Shown here piece by piece: positions 28,565 through 39,115 of a stretch of DNA of 64,000 bases. The stretch covers positions 15,597-79,596 of the forward strand of contig JBKPAK010000103.1 in the NCBI GenBank assembly GCA_046726415.1, read 5' to 3'. The first letter of the stretch is position 1, and each line of letters opens with the position of its first letter. The notes below the pieces were generated by a model. That model had not been told where the DNA came from, did not search any database, and saw nothing but the letters and a program-made list of their open reading frames with translations. Source of the stretch: Candidatus Methylomirabilota bacterium (GTDB lineage Bacteria; Methylomirabilota; Methylomirabilia; Rokubacteriales; CSP1-6). Made by a program: the position numbers and the translations under genes.

Positions 28565-31500
28565 ATGAGCCTGCTGGAAGTCTTCGTCCGGCGACCGGTC
28601 TTCACGACCATGCTGATCACCTCGCTCGTGGTCCTCGGCCTGGCCTCGTTCGCCCAACTCGGTGTCGACATCTTCCCCAAGGTCGATCTTCCGACCATTA
28701 CCATCACCACGCGCCTGCCCGGGGCCTCTCCGGAGGAGATCGAGAGCCAGATCACCAAACAGATCGAGGAGGCCGTCAACACCATCGCTGGCCTCGACGA
28801 GCTGCGCTCCAGCTCCATCGAGGGGCAGTCGCAGGTCTTCGCAACCTTCGTGCTCGAGCGCAACGTGCAGGAAGCGGCCAATGACGTGCGGGAGAAGGTC
28901 AACGCCATCGTCTCCCGCTTCCCGCCCGGCACCGAGTCGCCCATCATCGAAAAGGCCGACCCCGATTCGTCCCCGGTCATGGCGGTGGTGGTCTCCGGCC
29001 AGCGCTCGGCGCGCGAGATCACCGAGATTGCCGACAAGCGGATCAAGCGTCAGCTCGAGACCGTCAAGGACGTGGGGGCCATCACCATCGTGGGCGGCCA
29101 ACGGCGCGAGATCCAGGTCTTCGTGGATCCCGACCGCCTCTCCGGTTACGGTCTGAGCATCCCGCAGGTCAAGGATGCCCTGGCCCGCCAGAACGTAGAG
29201 ATCCCTGGCGGACGAATCACGGGCGGGGACCAGGAGGAAGGTCTCCGGACGCTGGGGCGCATCGAGACGCCGGAGGGCTTCGAGAGTCTCATCGTGGCCG
29301 ACCTCAAGGGCGGCCCCGTGCGCATCCGCGACATCGCCACCGTCGTGGACGGTGAGGAAGAGCCCCGCACGCTCTCTCGCCTGAACGGGCGCAACGCCGT
29401 GTCGCTGGTCATCCGCAAGCAGTCGGGTACCAACACGGTGGCCGTGGTGGACCGCATCAAAGAGCGGCTGGCCGAAGTCAACAAAGGCCTGCCCCAGGAC
29501 ATCAAGTTCGAGGTGGTACGCGACCTCTCGCGCTTCATCAAGCGCTCGATCCACGAGGTTCAGGACCACCTACTCCTCGGTGGCCTCCTGGCCAGTCTCA
29601 TCGTGGCCATCTTCATCGGCAATCTGGTGTGGTGGGAGATTGCCGCGGTGGCCCTCATCGTCGCCACGGTGGGCGCCGCCTTCCTCACCGGCGACCCCGA
29701 ACTGCTGCTGCGGGTGACGGGAATCTGCATCGTCATCACCATGGTCTTCTTCGGCGCGGTGCGGAAGCTGCGCCCGGCCTTCGTGGCCGCGCTGGCCATC
29801 CCCTGCTCCATCATCGCGACGTTCTTGGCCATGCGCATGGCCGGCTTCACCCTCAACAACCTGACCATGCTCGGGCTGTCGCTCTCCACGGGAATCGTCA
29901 TCGACGACGCCATCATCGTGCTGGAGAACATCTTCCGGCACATCGACGAGGAGCGGCGACCGCCGTTCGAGGCGGCCATCACCGGCACGCGAGAAATCGC
30001 CCTCGCCGTCACCGCCACCACCCTGTCGCTGGTCGTCATCTTCCTGCCCGTGGCCTTCATGGGTGGGCTGGTCGGCAAGTTCTGGAATTCCTTCGGGCTC
30101 ACGGCGACGTTCGCCATCATGGTCTCTCTGCTCGTCGCCTTCACCCTCACCCCCATGCTGAGCGCCCGCATCTTCGCCGCCCAAGCGCCCCGCGTGGAAA
30201 AGCAGGGCGCACACGACCGCGAGGCCGGCGGCGTTTACCGCGCCCTCGAACGCGGGTACGAGGGACTCCTGGGCTGGTGCCTCCGGCATCGTTGGGTCGT
30301 CGTGCTGGTCAGCATCCTGATCCTCGTCTCAGGATGGTTTTTGCTGACCCGCTCCAAGCTCGAATTCGTGGTGGACGACGACATGAGCGAGTTCGAGGTG
30401 GTGGCGGAGGCTCCGCCGGGCTCGTCCCTCGCCCGCACGGCCGATCTGGTGGCCCGGATGGAGGCCGAGATCCGCAAGATCCCCGAAGTGACGGCGCTCT
30501 TTTCGACGATCGGCGTGCGGGGTCAGGCCCAGTCCACGGTGGGCGACATCTCGATCTACGTCGGCCTCAAGCCACTCCGGGAGCGCAGGCGCAGCCAGGA
30601 GGACATCAAACAGGAGGTCCGCCAGCGTTTAGGGGCATTCCCCGGCACGCGGGCGAGCGCTCAGCAGATCAACCTGATCAGCAGCGGCGGCTTCCGCCAG
30701 ACTCCGTTCAGCATGGTCCTGCGCGGCCCCGACCTCGGCCGCCTGGAGACCTACGGCCGCGAGGTCATCCGCGAGCTGTCCAGCAAGCCGGGCTTCGTGG
30801 ATCTGGACACCGCCCAGGCCTACCGCCAGCCCGAGGTCCAGGTGCACATCGACCGGCAGAAGGCCTCCGATCTCGGGGTGCGTGCCGATGCCATTGCCAC
30901 CGCGCTGCGCACCATGGTCGGCGGGGAGAAGGTCGGCTTTTACCGGGAGGGCGGTGAGCAGTACGACGTACGGCTGCGCCTCAAGGAGAGCCACCGGAGC
31001 GCGCCGGGGCCCTTGCCCAACTTGATGGTCCCCGCCAGCGATGGAAGGCTCGTGCGTCTCGCGAACATCGCCGACTTCGAGCGCGGCATGAGCCCGGGGC
31101 AGATCGAGCGATTTGCGCAGGAGCGGTCGGTCACCATCATCTCGAATCTCTATCGGAAGCCATTGGCCGAGGCCTTCAAGGACGCCTACGGATCGGTGGC
31201 CAAGCAGAAGATGCCACTCGAGTACGGCATCGTGACCACGGGGCGGGGCAAGCTCATGCAGGAGTCCGTCCAGAGCTTCCTCCTCGCCCTGGTCCTTTCC
31301 CTGGCCTTCATCTACATCGTCCTGGCCGCGCAGTTCGAGTCGTTCGTCCACCCGGTCACCATCATGGTCTCCATGTTCCTGGCCATCCCCTTCGGCCTCG
31401 TCACCCTCATGGTCCTGGGCATGAGCCTCAACATCTACTCGATCATGGGGTTGTTCCTGCTCATGGGAGTGGTGAAAAAGAATGCCATCCTGCAGGTGGA

Positions 31501-31849
31501 CTACACCAACGTCCTGCGCGGGCGAGGCATGCCAAGGCTCGAGGCGCAGATGGAAGCCGACCGCGCTCGGCTGCGACCCATTCTCATGACCACGCTGGCC
31601 ATCGTGGCGGGGATGCTGCCCGTGGCCATGGGGCGCGGTGACGGTTCGGCCTCTCGTGCGTCGCTGGCCACGGTCGTGGTGGGCGGGCAGATTCTCTGCC
31701 TGCTGGTGACCCTCATCGTGACCCCGGTCATCTACTCGATGTTCGACGATATGAGCGGACTCCGCTTGTTCTCGTGGATCCGCTTTCCCCGCCTGCTCCG
31801 CCGACGCAGCTGGGTGCCGGGCGGCGAGAGGGTCCCGGCCGGATCGTAG
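28565..31849 (+). CDS. RND efflux permease (AcrB family)
   Basis: FVRRPVF, GIVIDDAIIVLENI, GVVKKNAIL, RLRPILMTT. Confidence 0.95.
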   Translation: MSLLEVFVRRPVFTTMLITSLVVLGLASFAQLGVDIFPKVDLPTITITTRLPGASPEEIESQITKQIEEAVNTIAGLDELRSSSIEGQSQVFATFVLERNVQEAANDVREKVNAIVSRFPPGTESPIIEKADPDSSPVMAVVVSGQRSAREITEIADKRIKRQLETVKDVGAITIVGGQRREIQVFVDPDRLSGYGLSIPQVKDALARQNVEIPGGRITGGDQEEGLRTLGRIETPEGFESLIVADLKGGPVRIRDIATVVDGEEEPRTLSRLNGRNAVSLVIRKQSGTNTVAVVDRIKERLAEVNKGLPQDIKFEVVRDLSRFIKRSIHEVQDHLLLGGLLASLIVAIFIGNLVWWEIAAVALIVATVGAAFLTGDPELLLRVTGICIVITMVFFGAVRKLRPAFVAALAIPCSIIATFLAMRMAGFTLNNLTMLGLSLSTGIVIDDAIIVLENIFRHIDEERRPPFEAAITGTREIALAVTATTLSLVVIFLPVAFMGGLVGKFWNSFGLTATFAIMVSLLVAFTLTPMLSARIFAAQAPRVEKQGAHDREAGGVYRALERGYEGLLGWCLRHRWVVVLVSILILVSGWFLLTRSKLEFVVDDDMSEFEVVAEAPPGSSLARTADLVARMEAEIRKIPEVTALFSTIGVRGQAQSTVGDISIYVGLKPLRERRRSQEDIKQEVRQRLGAFPGTRASAQQINLISSGGFRQTPFSMVLRGPDLGRLETYGREVIRELSSKPGFVDLDTAQAYRQPEVQVHIDRQKASDLGVRADAIATALRTMVGGEKVGFYREGGEQYDVRLRLKESHRSAPGPLPNLMVPASDGRLVRLANIADFERGMSPGQIERFAQERSVTIISNLYRKPLAEAFKDAYGSVAKQKMPLEYGIVTTGRGKLMQESVQSFLLALVLSLAFIYIVLAAQFESFVHPVTIMVSMFLAIPFGLVTLMVLGMSLNIYSIMGLFLLMGVVKKNAILQVDYTNVLRGRGMPRLEAQMEADRARLRPILMTTLAIVAGMLPVAMGRGDGSASRASLATVVVGGQILCLLVTLIVTPVIYSMFDDMSGLRLFSWIRFPRLLRRRSWVPGGERVPAGS

Positions 31850-31912
31850 AACCTGCCGCCCGAGGTGGACCCCCCAACGCTCGGGCCCCTCGTGGCGGCT
31901 GGCGCCTCGCGA

Positions 31913-33808
31913 TCAGCCTCGGCGGGGCGGCTGGACCCCGGGCGTGAGATCGACCTTGGCGCGGCTCATGGCCTCGCTCAGCCAGCTCTCCCAGGCCCGG
32001 CTCTGCTTCTGAGTGAGCACCTCGCGCGAGAGCTTCTCGCGCTCGCTCGCGAATGCACTCATATCGGCGGCGACGCGCTCGAGCACTTTGAGCACGTAGT
32101 AGCCCTGCGGCGTGCGGACGGGTTCGGTGACGCCGTTCAGCGGCGTCTGGAGGGCGGCGATCATGGCATCACCGGGGACCCGGTCGGCCGGCGTCTGGCG
32201 CGTGAACACCGGGGTCTCTCCGGTGACGGCGCCCGTCTTCTTGGCCGCTGCCGTGAAATCGCCGGCACGAGCGTCGGTGACGAGCTGCTTGGCCCGCTCG
32301 AGGGCCTGTGCCTCTGCTTTCTGGCGGCGTACGACCGTCGCGACCTTGTCGCGGATGTCGGCCAGGGGTGGTGTCGTTGCGGGAAGGCTCTCCACATTCT
32401 TCATGACCACCCAACCGGCCGGGGTCTTCAGCGGCGCCGAGACGCCTCCTGGGGCCAGATTGAAGGCCGTCTCCTGCATGGAGTCGGCGGGCATGCCGGG
32501 AGTCGGCCGCTCCGGACGCTCGATCGTCGTCTCCAGCGGCGTGAGACCGCGGCCCTTGGCCTCGGCCATGAAGTCCTTGGCCGCCAAGAGCCCAGCACGC
32601 GCCTCGTCGGCCTTGGCCTTGGCCGCGCGGTCGGACGCCTCGGTCGCCAGCTTCGCGCCGATTTCACCCGCGACCGCCTCCTTGGGCTTTCGGCCACCCT
32701 CCTTGATGTCCGTCACCTTCACCGCGTGGTATCCGAAGGGCGTGCGGACCGGCTCGGGCGACACTTCACCCTTCTTCAGTTTGAAAAGTTCCTCCTCGAA
32801 CTGCGGCACCATCTCACCTTTGGTCACGTACCCGAGGTCGCCACCGTTTGCGGCCGAGGCCGGGTCCTGGGAGAGCTCCCGGGCGAGCTTGGCGAAATCC
32901 TCCCCTGCTTTGACGCGGCGGATGATGTCGGCGACCGCCGCCTTCGCCTTGTCTTCCGCGTCACTGCCCCCGGCCTGGGAAACCGGGATGAGGATGTGCG
33001 CAGCGCGCGCCTGGTGCGGATTCTCGAACTCCTTGGGGTGCTCCTGATAGTACTTGTCGATCTCGGCCGGTGTGATCGAGGGCGTGAAATCCTTGGGGTT
33101 GAAGGCCACGTACTGAACGCGTCGCCGTTCGGGCAGCCGAAACTCGGCGGCGTGGCTCTCCAGGTATTTGGCTAGCTCATCGTCGGCGGGCGCGATCGCG
33201 GCGATGATGGGCGTGAGATCGACGTGGGCCCACGCCGCCCGGACTCCCGCGCGCTGATGGGCAAAGACTCGCTCCACCTCCGCCTCGGAGACCTTGACCC
33301 CGCCCTTCACCATCGCTTCCACCTTTTGGCGGGTGAGCTGCCGCCGGGCCTCTTCCTCGAAGTGCGCCTTCGGCATGTTGCGCGCTTTGAGGAAGGCCTC
33401 ATAGCGCTTCATGGAGAAGCGCCCGTTCTCGTGGAAGGCCGGCACGGCATGGACCCGCGCGTTCAGCTCCTCGTCGGTGACGGCGAGGCCCTCCCGCTTG
33501 GCGCGCTGAAAGACGACGGTCTCCTGGACCAGGTCGTTCACCGCTTGCTGCGGCAGTTGGAGCTGCTGCGCCATCTCAGGGCTGAAGCGCTCCCGGAGCA
33601 TCTGGGCGTAGTGATCGTAGTAGGCGCGATACCGCCGTTCATAGCGGTCGACGGGAATGGCCTCCCCGTCGACCCTGGCGATGGCATCCGGCTGAACGCC
33701 ACCGGGGCCAGCGCCGAAGACCACCACGGAGGTGATGACGAAGGCCGCGATGACGACGAGCAGGCCGATCTGAAGCGTCTTCCGATAGTTCCGCATTACC
33801 GTGATCAT
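31913..33808 (-). CDS. ppiD: SurA/PpiD-type periplasmic chaperone with parvulin PPIase domain
   Basis: N-terminal TM, SurA_N region, AHILI, FAKLARELSQD, GGDLG, PVRTPFGYH; GAAGGAG SD before ATG 33808. Confidence 0.85.
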   Translation of the reverse strand: MITVMRNYRKTLQIGLLVVIAAFVITSVVVFGAGPGGVQPDAIARVDGEAIPVDRYERRYRAYYDHYAQMLRERFSPEMAQQLQLPQQAVNDLVQETVVFQRAKREGLAVTDEELNARVHAVPAFHENGRFSMKRYEAFLKARNMPKAHFEEEARRQLTRQKVEAMVKGGVKVSEAEVERVFAHQRAGVRAAWAHVDLTPIIAAIAPADDELAKYLESHAAEFRLPERRRVQYVAFNPKDFTPSITPAEIDKYYQEHPKEFENPHQARAAHILIPVSQAGGSDAEDKAKAAVADIIRRVKAGEDFAKLARELSQDPASAANGGDLGYVTKGEMVPQFEEELFKLKKGEVSPEPVRTPFGYHAVKVTDIKEGGRKPKEAVAGEIGAKLATEASDRAAKAKADEARAGLLAAKDFMAEAKGRGLTPLETTIERPERPTPGMPADSMQETAFNLAPGGVSAPLKTPAGWVVMKNVESLPATTPPLADIRDKVATVVRRQKAEAQALERAKQLVTDARAGDFTAAAKKTGAVTGETPVFTRQTPADRVPGDAMIAALQTPLNGVTEPVRTPQGYYVLKVLERVAADMSAFASEREKLSREVLTQKQSRAWESWLSEAMSRAKVDLTPGVQPPRRG

Positions 33809-33929
33809 CTGCACTCCTTCAGTCGTGCGACGCCCGGGGGCGAGCCCGGGCCGATCCAGCGCAAGGCGGCCGCGCCCCTTCGCGCTCCCTGGTCAGACCG
33901 CCCCACCGCGGCCGGAACCGCCGGGCGAC

Positions 33930-34754
33930 TCAGTCGCGATCACCGACGGCGGGTGCCGCCTTGGCGGGCGCGCCGTCTTCCGGAACCACGCGGCGCGCCA
34001 GGGTGATGAATCCCGTGTGGGCGACCATGCGATGGAAGGGGCGCACCGATTGGCCTTCGATGTTCCAGGGGCGGTAGAGCGTTTCGAAGGTCTCGATCTG
34101 GGCCCAGCGCGGGTCGTGCCGCAAGGCGTCGGAGAACTGATGGGACTGGATAATCGTCGGGACGTACGCGAGAAAAATGCCCCCCGTCCGCAGCCGCGAG
34201 GCCACTGCCGGAGCGACGGCCCAGGGTTCGGGTAAGTCGAGCAACACGCGGTCGACCGGCTCCTCGTCGGGAAGCCCCTCCTCGACCGGCATCAACCGCA
34301 CGACCAGGTTCCCCACCTCACCCAGGCGGAGGCGGATGTTGGTCAGCGCTCGCCGCGCGAACTCATCGCGCTGTTCGTAGCTGATGATCCGTCCGTCAGG
34401 ACCCACGGCGCGCAGCAGGGCCAGGGTGAGCGCCCCCGAACCCATGCCCGCCTCGAGGACGCGACATCCGGGAGCGATGTCCGCCCAGAAGAGGATCATG
34501 GCCAGATCCTTGGGATAGATGACCTGAGCGCCGCGCGGCATCTCCAGCACGTATTCGGCCAGAGTAGGGCGCACGGCCAGGTAGCGGAGACCGAGCGAGC
34601 TGCGCACCCAGCTCCCCTCGGGCTGCCCGACGATGGCGTCGTGGGGGATCCATCCCCGGTCAGAATGAAACGTCTCCGACTTGCGAAGAAAGATCAGGTG
34701 TCGCTTGCCCCGCTGATCGATGAGCAGCACCTGCTCACCGTCCTGGAACGCCAT
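33930..34754 (-). CDS. trmI: tRNA (adenine-N1)-methyltransferase
   Basis: MPRGAQVIYPKD, VLEAGMGSGALT, LDLPEPW, RPFHRMVAHTGF. Confidence 0.93.
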   Translation of the reverse strand: MAFQDGEQVLLIDQRGKRHLIFLRKSETFHSDRGWIPHDAIVGQPEGSWVRSSLGLRYLAVRPTLAEYVLEMPRGAQVIYPKDLAMILFWADIAPGCRVLEAGMGSGALTLALLRAVGPDGRIISYEQRDEFARRALTNIRLRLGEVGNLVVRLMPVEEGLPDEEPVDRVLLDLPEPWAVAPAVASRLRTGGIFLAYVPTIIQSHQFSDALRHDPRWAQIETFETLYRPWNIEGQSVRPFHRMVAHTGFITLARRVVPEDGAPAKAAPAVGDRD

Positions 34755-34988
34755 GCCGTGGGTCACGAGCGAGGGCGGGCAGCCGGGCGAAGCATCGCGG
34801 CCGCGGGATCAGCGCGGGGCGTTGCGGAGACGGTGACCACGACGAACAGCACGGCAGTGTCGAGCATGACCTACCAATGGTACCGCAGCCATCCGAGGGA
34901 CACGAGCGCCTGAGGTCCGCTCATCGACTGGGGATCTGGCGGTGCGGCGAAAGCGTCCCGATCAGGTTGACGGGGTGACCGGCCGTGT

Positions 34989-36164
34989 TCATGCCATGCC
35001 GAAGGCGTCCAGGCCGGTGATGTCCCGGCCGATGATGAGGGTGTGGATGTCGTGAGTGCCCTCGTAGGTGTTGACCGTCTCCAGGTTGAGCAGATGCCGG
35101 ATGACGGGGTGCTCGTCCACGATCCCGGCCGCCCCCATGATGTCCCGGGCCAGCCGGGCGGCGTCGAGCGCCATCTGCACGTTGTTCATCTTGGCCATCG
35201 AGACCTGCTGGGCCCGCGCCTGGCCCTGGTCTTTGAGCCGCCCGAGCTGCAAGCACAAGAGCTGGGCCTTGGTGATCTCGGTCACCATCCACACCAGCTT
35301 CTGCTGCACGAGCTGGAAGCTGGCGATGGGTTTGGCGAACTGGATGCGCTGCTGGGCGTACTGGAGCGCCCAGTCGTATACCGCCATGGCCGCGCCCACC
35401 GCGCCCCAGGCGATCCCGTAGCGCGCCTGGTTGAGACAGCCCAGGGGCCCGCGCAGGCCCCGCACGCCGGGAAGTTTGCTGTCGAGCGGGATGTGGCAGT
35501 CCTGGAAGCTCAACTCAGAGGTGATCGACGCGCGCATCGAGAACTTGCCGTGGATGTCCAGGGTGGAGTATCCGGGGGTGCCCTTCTCGACCAGAAACCC
35601 AGAAATCTCCCCGTCGTCCTCGCGGGCCCACACCACCGCCACATCCGCGATGGAGCCGTTGGTGATCCAGAGCTTGGTCCCGTTCAGGACGTACCCATCG
35701 TCTTTGCGCACCGCTCGGGTCTTCATGGATCCGGGATCCGAGCCGTGGTCGGGTTCCGTGAGCCCGAAGCAGCCGACCTTCTCGCCCGTGGCGAGGGTGG
35801 GCAGCCAGCGGTCCTTCTGCGCCTCCGAGCCATAGCTGTAGATCGGGTACATCACCAGGCCGCTCTGCACCGACGCCGCCGAACGCAGTCCCGAGTCACC
35901 CCGCTCCAGCTCCTGCATGATGAGCCCATAGGCGACATTGTTGAGCCCCGCGCAGCCGTACCCTTTGAGGGTGGCGCCGAAGACGCCCATGTCGCCGAGC
36001 TTCGGGAGGAGATCGAGCGGGAAGGTCCCCGCCCGGTGGTGCTCGCTCACGATCGGCAGGAATTCGGCCTCGACCCAATCGCGAATGGTATCCCGCACCA
36101 TCCGCTCATCTTCGGACAGCAGCGCCTCTACCTGGTAATAATCGACGCCCTGGAACTTCTCCAT
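34989..36164 (-). CDS. gcdH: Glutaryl-CoA dehydrogenase
   Basis: ELERGDSGLRS, CFGLTEPDHGSDP, ARYGIAWG, NTYEGTHDIH. Confidence 0.88.
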   Translation of the reverse strand: MEKFQGVDYYQVEALLSEDERMVRDTIRDWVEAEFLPIVSEHHRAGTFPLDLLPKLGDMGVFGATLKGYGCAGLNNVAYGLIMQELERGDSGLRSAASVQSGLVMYPIYSYGSEAQKDRWLPTLATGEKVGCFGLTEPDHGSDPGSMKTRAVRKDDGYVLNGTKLWITNGSIADVAVVWAREDDGEISGFLVEKGTPGYSTLDIHGKFSMRASITSELSFQDCHIPLDSKLPGVRGLRGPLGCLNQARYGIAWGAVGAAMAVYDWALQYAQQRIQFAKPIASFQLVQQKLVWMVTEITKAQLLCLQLGRLKDQGQARAQQVSMAKMNNVQMALDAARLARDIMGAAGIVDEHPVIRHLLNLETVNTYEGTHDIHTLIIGRDITGLDAFGMA

Positions 36165-36203
36165 CGTCGGGCTCCTCCAGGCTGGGGCTCGCCGCCCCGT
36201 GCT

Positions 36204-36884
36204 TCACAAGTGCAGTGGGTTGAAGTCGGTGTCCCGGTCGTAGGCATCCATCCGCTCGCGGTCTTTCAGCCAGCCGACGACAAGGTACGTCAGTGGGGTG
36301 GCCGCGGCCTCGTAGGCGACCTTGGTCACCCACTGCGCCACGATGATGGTGACCAGCATGGCGAGCGGCACCAGGCCGGCGAAGGCGAACGCAACGAAGA
36401 CGACACTATCCAGTCCTTGCCCGACGATGGTCGAGCCCACCGTTCGCGTCCAGAGCCATCGCCCCTGGGTGGCGATCTTCATGCGGGCCAGCGTGAAGCT
36501 GTTGGCGAACTCTCCGATGAGGTAGGCGAGGAAGGACGCCGCCAGGATCCTCGGGGTCTGCGCGAAAATCTCGGCATAGGCCGCCTGCCCCTTCCACACC
36601 GGGGCCGGAGGCAGCTCTCCGGCCAGCCAGATGGCGGCCACCATCAGGACATTGCAGGCGAAGCCGAGCCAGATGACCCGGCGGGCCGCGGCGTAGCCGT
36701 ACACTTCGGTGAGAACGTCCCCCACGATGTACGAGAGGGGGAAGATCACGACGCCGGCCGGCAACACCAGGCCGCCGACGATCACGAGCTTGGTGGCGAT
36801 GACATTGGCCGTGAGGAGACAGGTGACGAACAGCCCGGCGAAGACCAGGAATCGCCACGTCATCACCAGCCCCTGCTCGGCCAC
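36204..36884 (-). CDS. Queuosine precursor transporter (YhhQ/VUT family); start 36884 or 36863
   Basis: [31 protein letters not shown]; divergent from queC. Confidence 0.88.
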   Translation of the reverse strand: MAEQGLVMTWRFLVFAGLFVTCLLTANVIATKLVIVGGLVLPAGVVIFPLSYIVGDVLTEVYGYAAARRVIWLGFACNVLMVAAIWLAGELPPAPVWKGQAAYAEIFAQTPRILAASFLAYLIGEFANSFTLARMKIATQGRWLWTRTVGSTIVGQGLDSVVFVAFAFAGLVPLAMLVTIIVAQWVTKVAYEAAATPLTYLVVGWLKDRERMDAYDRDTDFNPLHL

Positions 36885-36979
36885 ATCGCCTCGATACTAC
36901 ACGACGCATCGGCCCGCCACGACGAGTCGGCCCGGAGTTCTGGGGGCATGAGGCGCCGCGACACAGTGACGGTGGGGCG

Positions 36980-37681
36980 ATGAGCGTGGCCCGTCGCGCC
37001 GTCGTGCTGCTCAGCGGTGGCATCGACTCCACCACGGCCCTGGCCGTCGCCCTGCGAGGGGGATTCGCCGTCCATGCCCTGACCTTCAACTATGGTCAGC
37101 GGCACGCCGCGGAGATCGGGGCGGCCCGGCGCGTGGTGCGGTCGCTGGCCGCGGACCAGCACATCGTCGTCAGCTTCGATCTCCGCCTCTTCGGCGGCTC
37201 CGCGCTCACCGCCGCCGTCGACGTCCCGAAGGATCGGGCTCCGGCCGAGATGGCCGGCGACATCCCCATCACCTACGTTCCCGCACGCAACACGATCTTC
37301 CTCTCCTTCGCGCTGGCCTGGGCGGAGACTCTCGCGGCGAGCGACATCTTCATCGGCGTCAACGCCCTCGACTATTCGGGATATCCCGACTGTCGCCCGG
37401 AGTACATCGAGGCCTTCCAGCGAATGGCCGATCTCGCGACCAGGGCCGGCGTCGAGGGGCGCCAGCGACTCCGCATTCACACGCCGCTCCTCCGCATGAC
37501 CAAGGCCGAGATCATCCGGACAGGCCTGGCCCTCGGGGTGGATTACGGCTTGACGCTCTCCTGCTACGACCCCGCCCCCGACGGCGCCTGCGGGCGCTGC
37601 GATGCGTGCCACCTGCGACTCAAGGGCTTCGCCGAAGCGGGCCGGCGCGACCCGGCCACCTACCGCGCGTCAGGACGATGA
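36980..37681 (+). CDS. queC: 7-cyano-7-deazaguanine synthase
   Basis: [24 protein letters not shown]...CGRCDAC. Confidence 0.96.
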   Translation: MSVARRAVVLLSGGIDSTTALAVALRGGFAVHALTFNYGQRHAAEIGAARRVVRSLAADQHIVVSFDLRLFGGSALTAAVDVPKDRAPAEMAGDIPITYVPARNTIFLSFALAWAETLAASDIFIGVNALDYSGYPDCRPEYIEAFQRMADLATRAGVEGRQRLRIHTPLLRMTKAEIIRTGLALGVDYGLTLSCYDPAPDGACGRCDACHLRLKGFAEAGRRDPATYRASGR

Positions 37682-39100
37682 CTACACGTTGGTGACGATG
37701 GACGAGGGCTCCTCGTTGAGCGCGCGCTTGAGGGCAACGGCCAGTTCGGCGTCGTGTTCGTGGGAGGTCGCGAAGATGCGGCACTGGGCGACCTTGCCCG
37801 GGAGGTACTTGAGGATCTCGGTCAGCGGCTCCTCGGACACGCGTTTAGTGGCCGAGTCGTAGACGTAAATCTGGCGGTCGCCCATCTTGAGGGGGTTGAG
37901 CGGTCGCGGGTCCTGCAGGGCCATGTCGATCTTGAAGGGGAACTCCTTGAGCCTCGAGGGCAGAAAAGTCCGGACGCGCCGCTCCACGGTCTCCGCATCC
38001 AAAAAGGCCTGACCCTTGCGCGCTTCGAACTGATCGAGAATCTCCTCGCTCGACATCCGCCACTTCAGCCGCCGGTCGAGCACATGCCGCCATTCGGCGC
38101 CCAACGCTCGCTTCCCGGTCTGCGGATCATCAGGCCGGTCGTCGTGCCACCGGCCGACTTCCTCCAGCAGCGTCCATTCCGTCAGGTGCAGGTACGGATG
38201 CAGCTCCTTGCGAAGGTCGTAGGGAAAGGCCAGTCGCATGGTCTCGCGGAAGATCTCCTTCAAGTGAAGGTCGATCCCCCGCGTGGTGCGATGGTAGTAG
38301 ACGTTGGTGTACATGTAGAAGCGGGCGTTCAGGAACATGGTGAACGCTTGCAGCCCACTTCGGTCGAGGGTCAGGCCCTTCTCGCTGAAGAACGAATAGT
38401 AGATGATGCGCTCGATGTCGATGGGACCGACCGCCACCCCGCACATGTAGGCGTCGCGCAGCACATAGTCCATGTTGTCCGCTGTGAACACCCCCGACAG
38501 GAGCGGCTTCAGGAAGGACAGCCATTTCGGGTGCGACTCCAGGGGCTGAGTGTACGTCTTCCCCATCAGGTAACACAGCCATTCGGGATCGATCTGCTCA
38601 TCGGCCTGGAAGGCGCCAGACGGGCTCCGCCGAATGCCGCGCAGGATATCCGCCAGCTCCTCACGGATGATCTTCTGGCCCACCAGTTCGTGGGTCAGCT
38701 CGAAATCGTTCAAGAAGTTGTCGTCGAAGAAGTGGCCGAATGGACCGTGGCCGACGTCGTGCAGCAGCCCGGTCATCCGCAACAGTTCCTCCAGGAGCGC
38801 CGTCGACGGACCGTCGGGGAAGATGGCGTGGAGCGACGCAGAGAGTTGCTGGGCCAGACGCCCGGCCAGGTGCATGGCGCCCAGTGAATGTTGGAAGCGG
38901 CTGTGCTCAGCAGCGGGAAAGACCCAGCGCGCCGACTGGAGCTGGGGAATCCGCCGCAGGCGCTGCACCCATGGCGTATCGATGACGTCCTGTTCCGTGG
39001 CCTCGCCCGGAATCCCGCCGGGCCGGGTGTAGAAGATATAGTGATGGATCGGATCGCAGATGAGTCCGCGCCCCTCGTAGGTGTCGACGGCCCCCTTCAT
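37682..39100 (-). CDS. HD domain phosphohydrolase (dNTPase-like)
   Basis: QRLRRIPQL, HSRFQHSLG, LHDVGHGPF.H, ADNMDYVLRD, VYYH. Confidence 0.9.
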   Translation of the reverse strand: MKGAVDTYEGRGLICDPIHHYIFYTRPGGIPGEATEQDVIDTPWVQRLRRIPQLQSARWVFPAAEHSRFQHSLGAMHLAGRLAQQLSASLHAIFPDGPSTALLEELLRMTGLLHDVGHGPFGHFFDDNFLNDFELTHELVGQKIIREELADILRGIRRSPSGAFQADEQIDPEWLCYLMGKTYTQPLESHPKWLSFLKPLLSGVFTADNMDYVLRDAYMCGVAVGPIDIERIIYYSFFSEKGLTLDRSGLQAFTMFLNARFYMYTNVYYHRTTRGIDLHLKEIFRETMRLAFPYDLRKELHPYLHLTEWTLLEEVGRWHDDRPDDPQTGKRALGAEWRHVLDRRLKWRMSSEEILDQFEARKGQAFLDAETVERRVRTFLPSRLKEFPFKIDMALQDPRPLNPLKMGDRQIYVYDSATKRVSEEPLTEILKYLPGKVAQCRIFATSHEHDAELAVALKRALNEEPSSIVTNV

Positions 39101-39115
39101 GACCTCGAGCGTACC

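Noticed and set aside
34763-34924. Small minus-strand ORF with an internal TAG (MSGPQALVSLGWLRYHW*VMLD...)
   Set aside because: No recognisable family or recoding signal; probably a remnant or non-coding.
36884-36980. preQ1 riboswitch between the queuosine transporter and queC
   Set aside because: A small hairpin exists, but there is no preQ1 loop consensus or A-rich tail on either strand.
37682-39100. Anti-phage dNTPase
   Set aside because: Housekeeping neighbourhood with no defence-island signs; cannot be supported from sequence alone.
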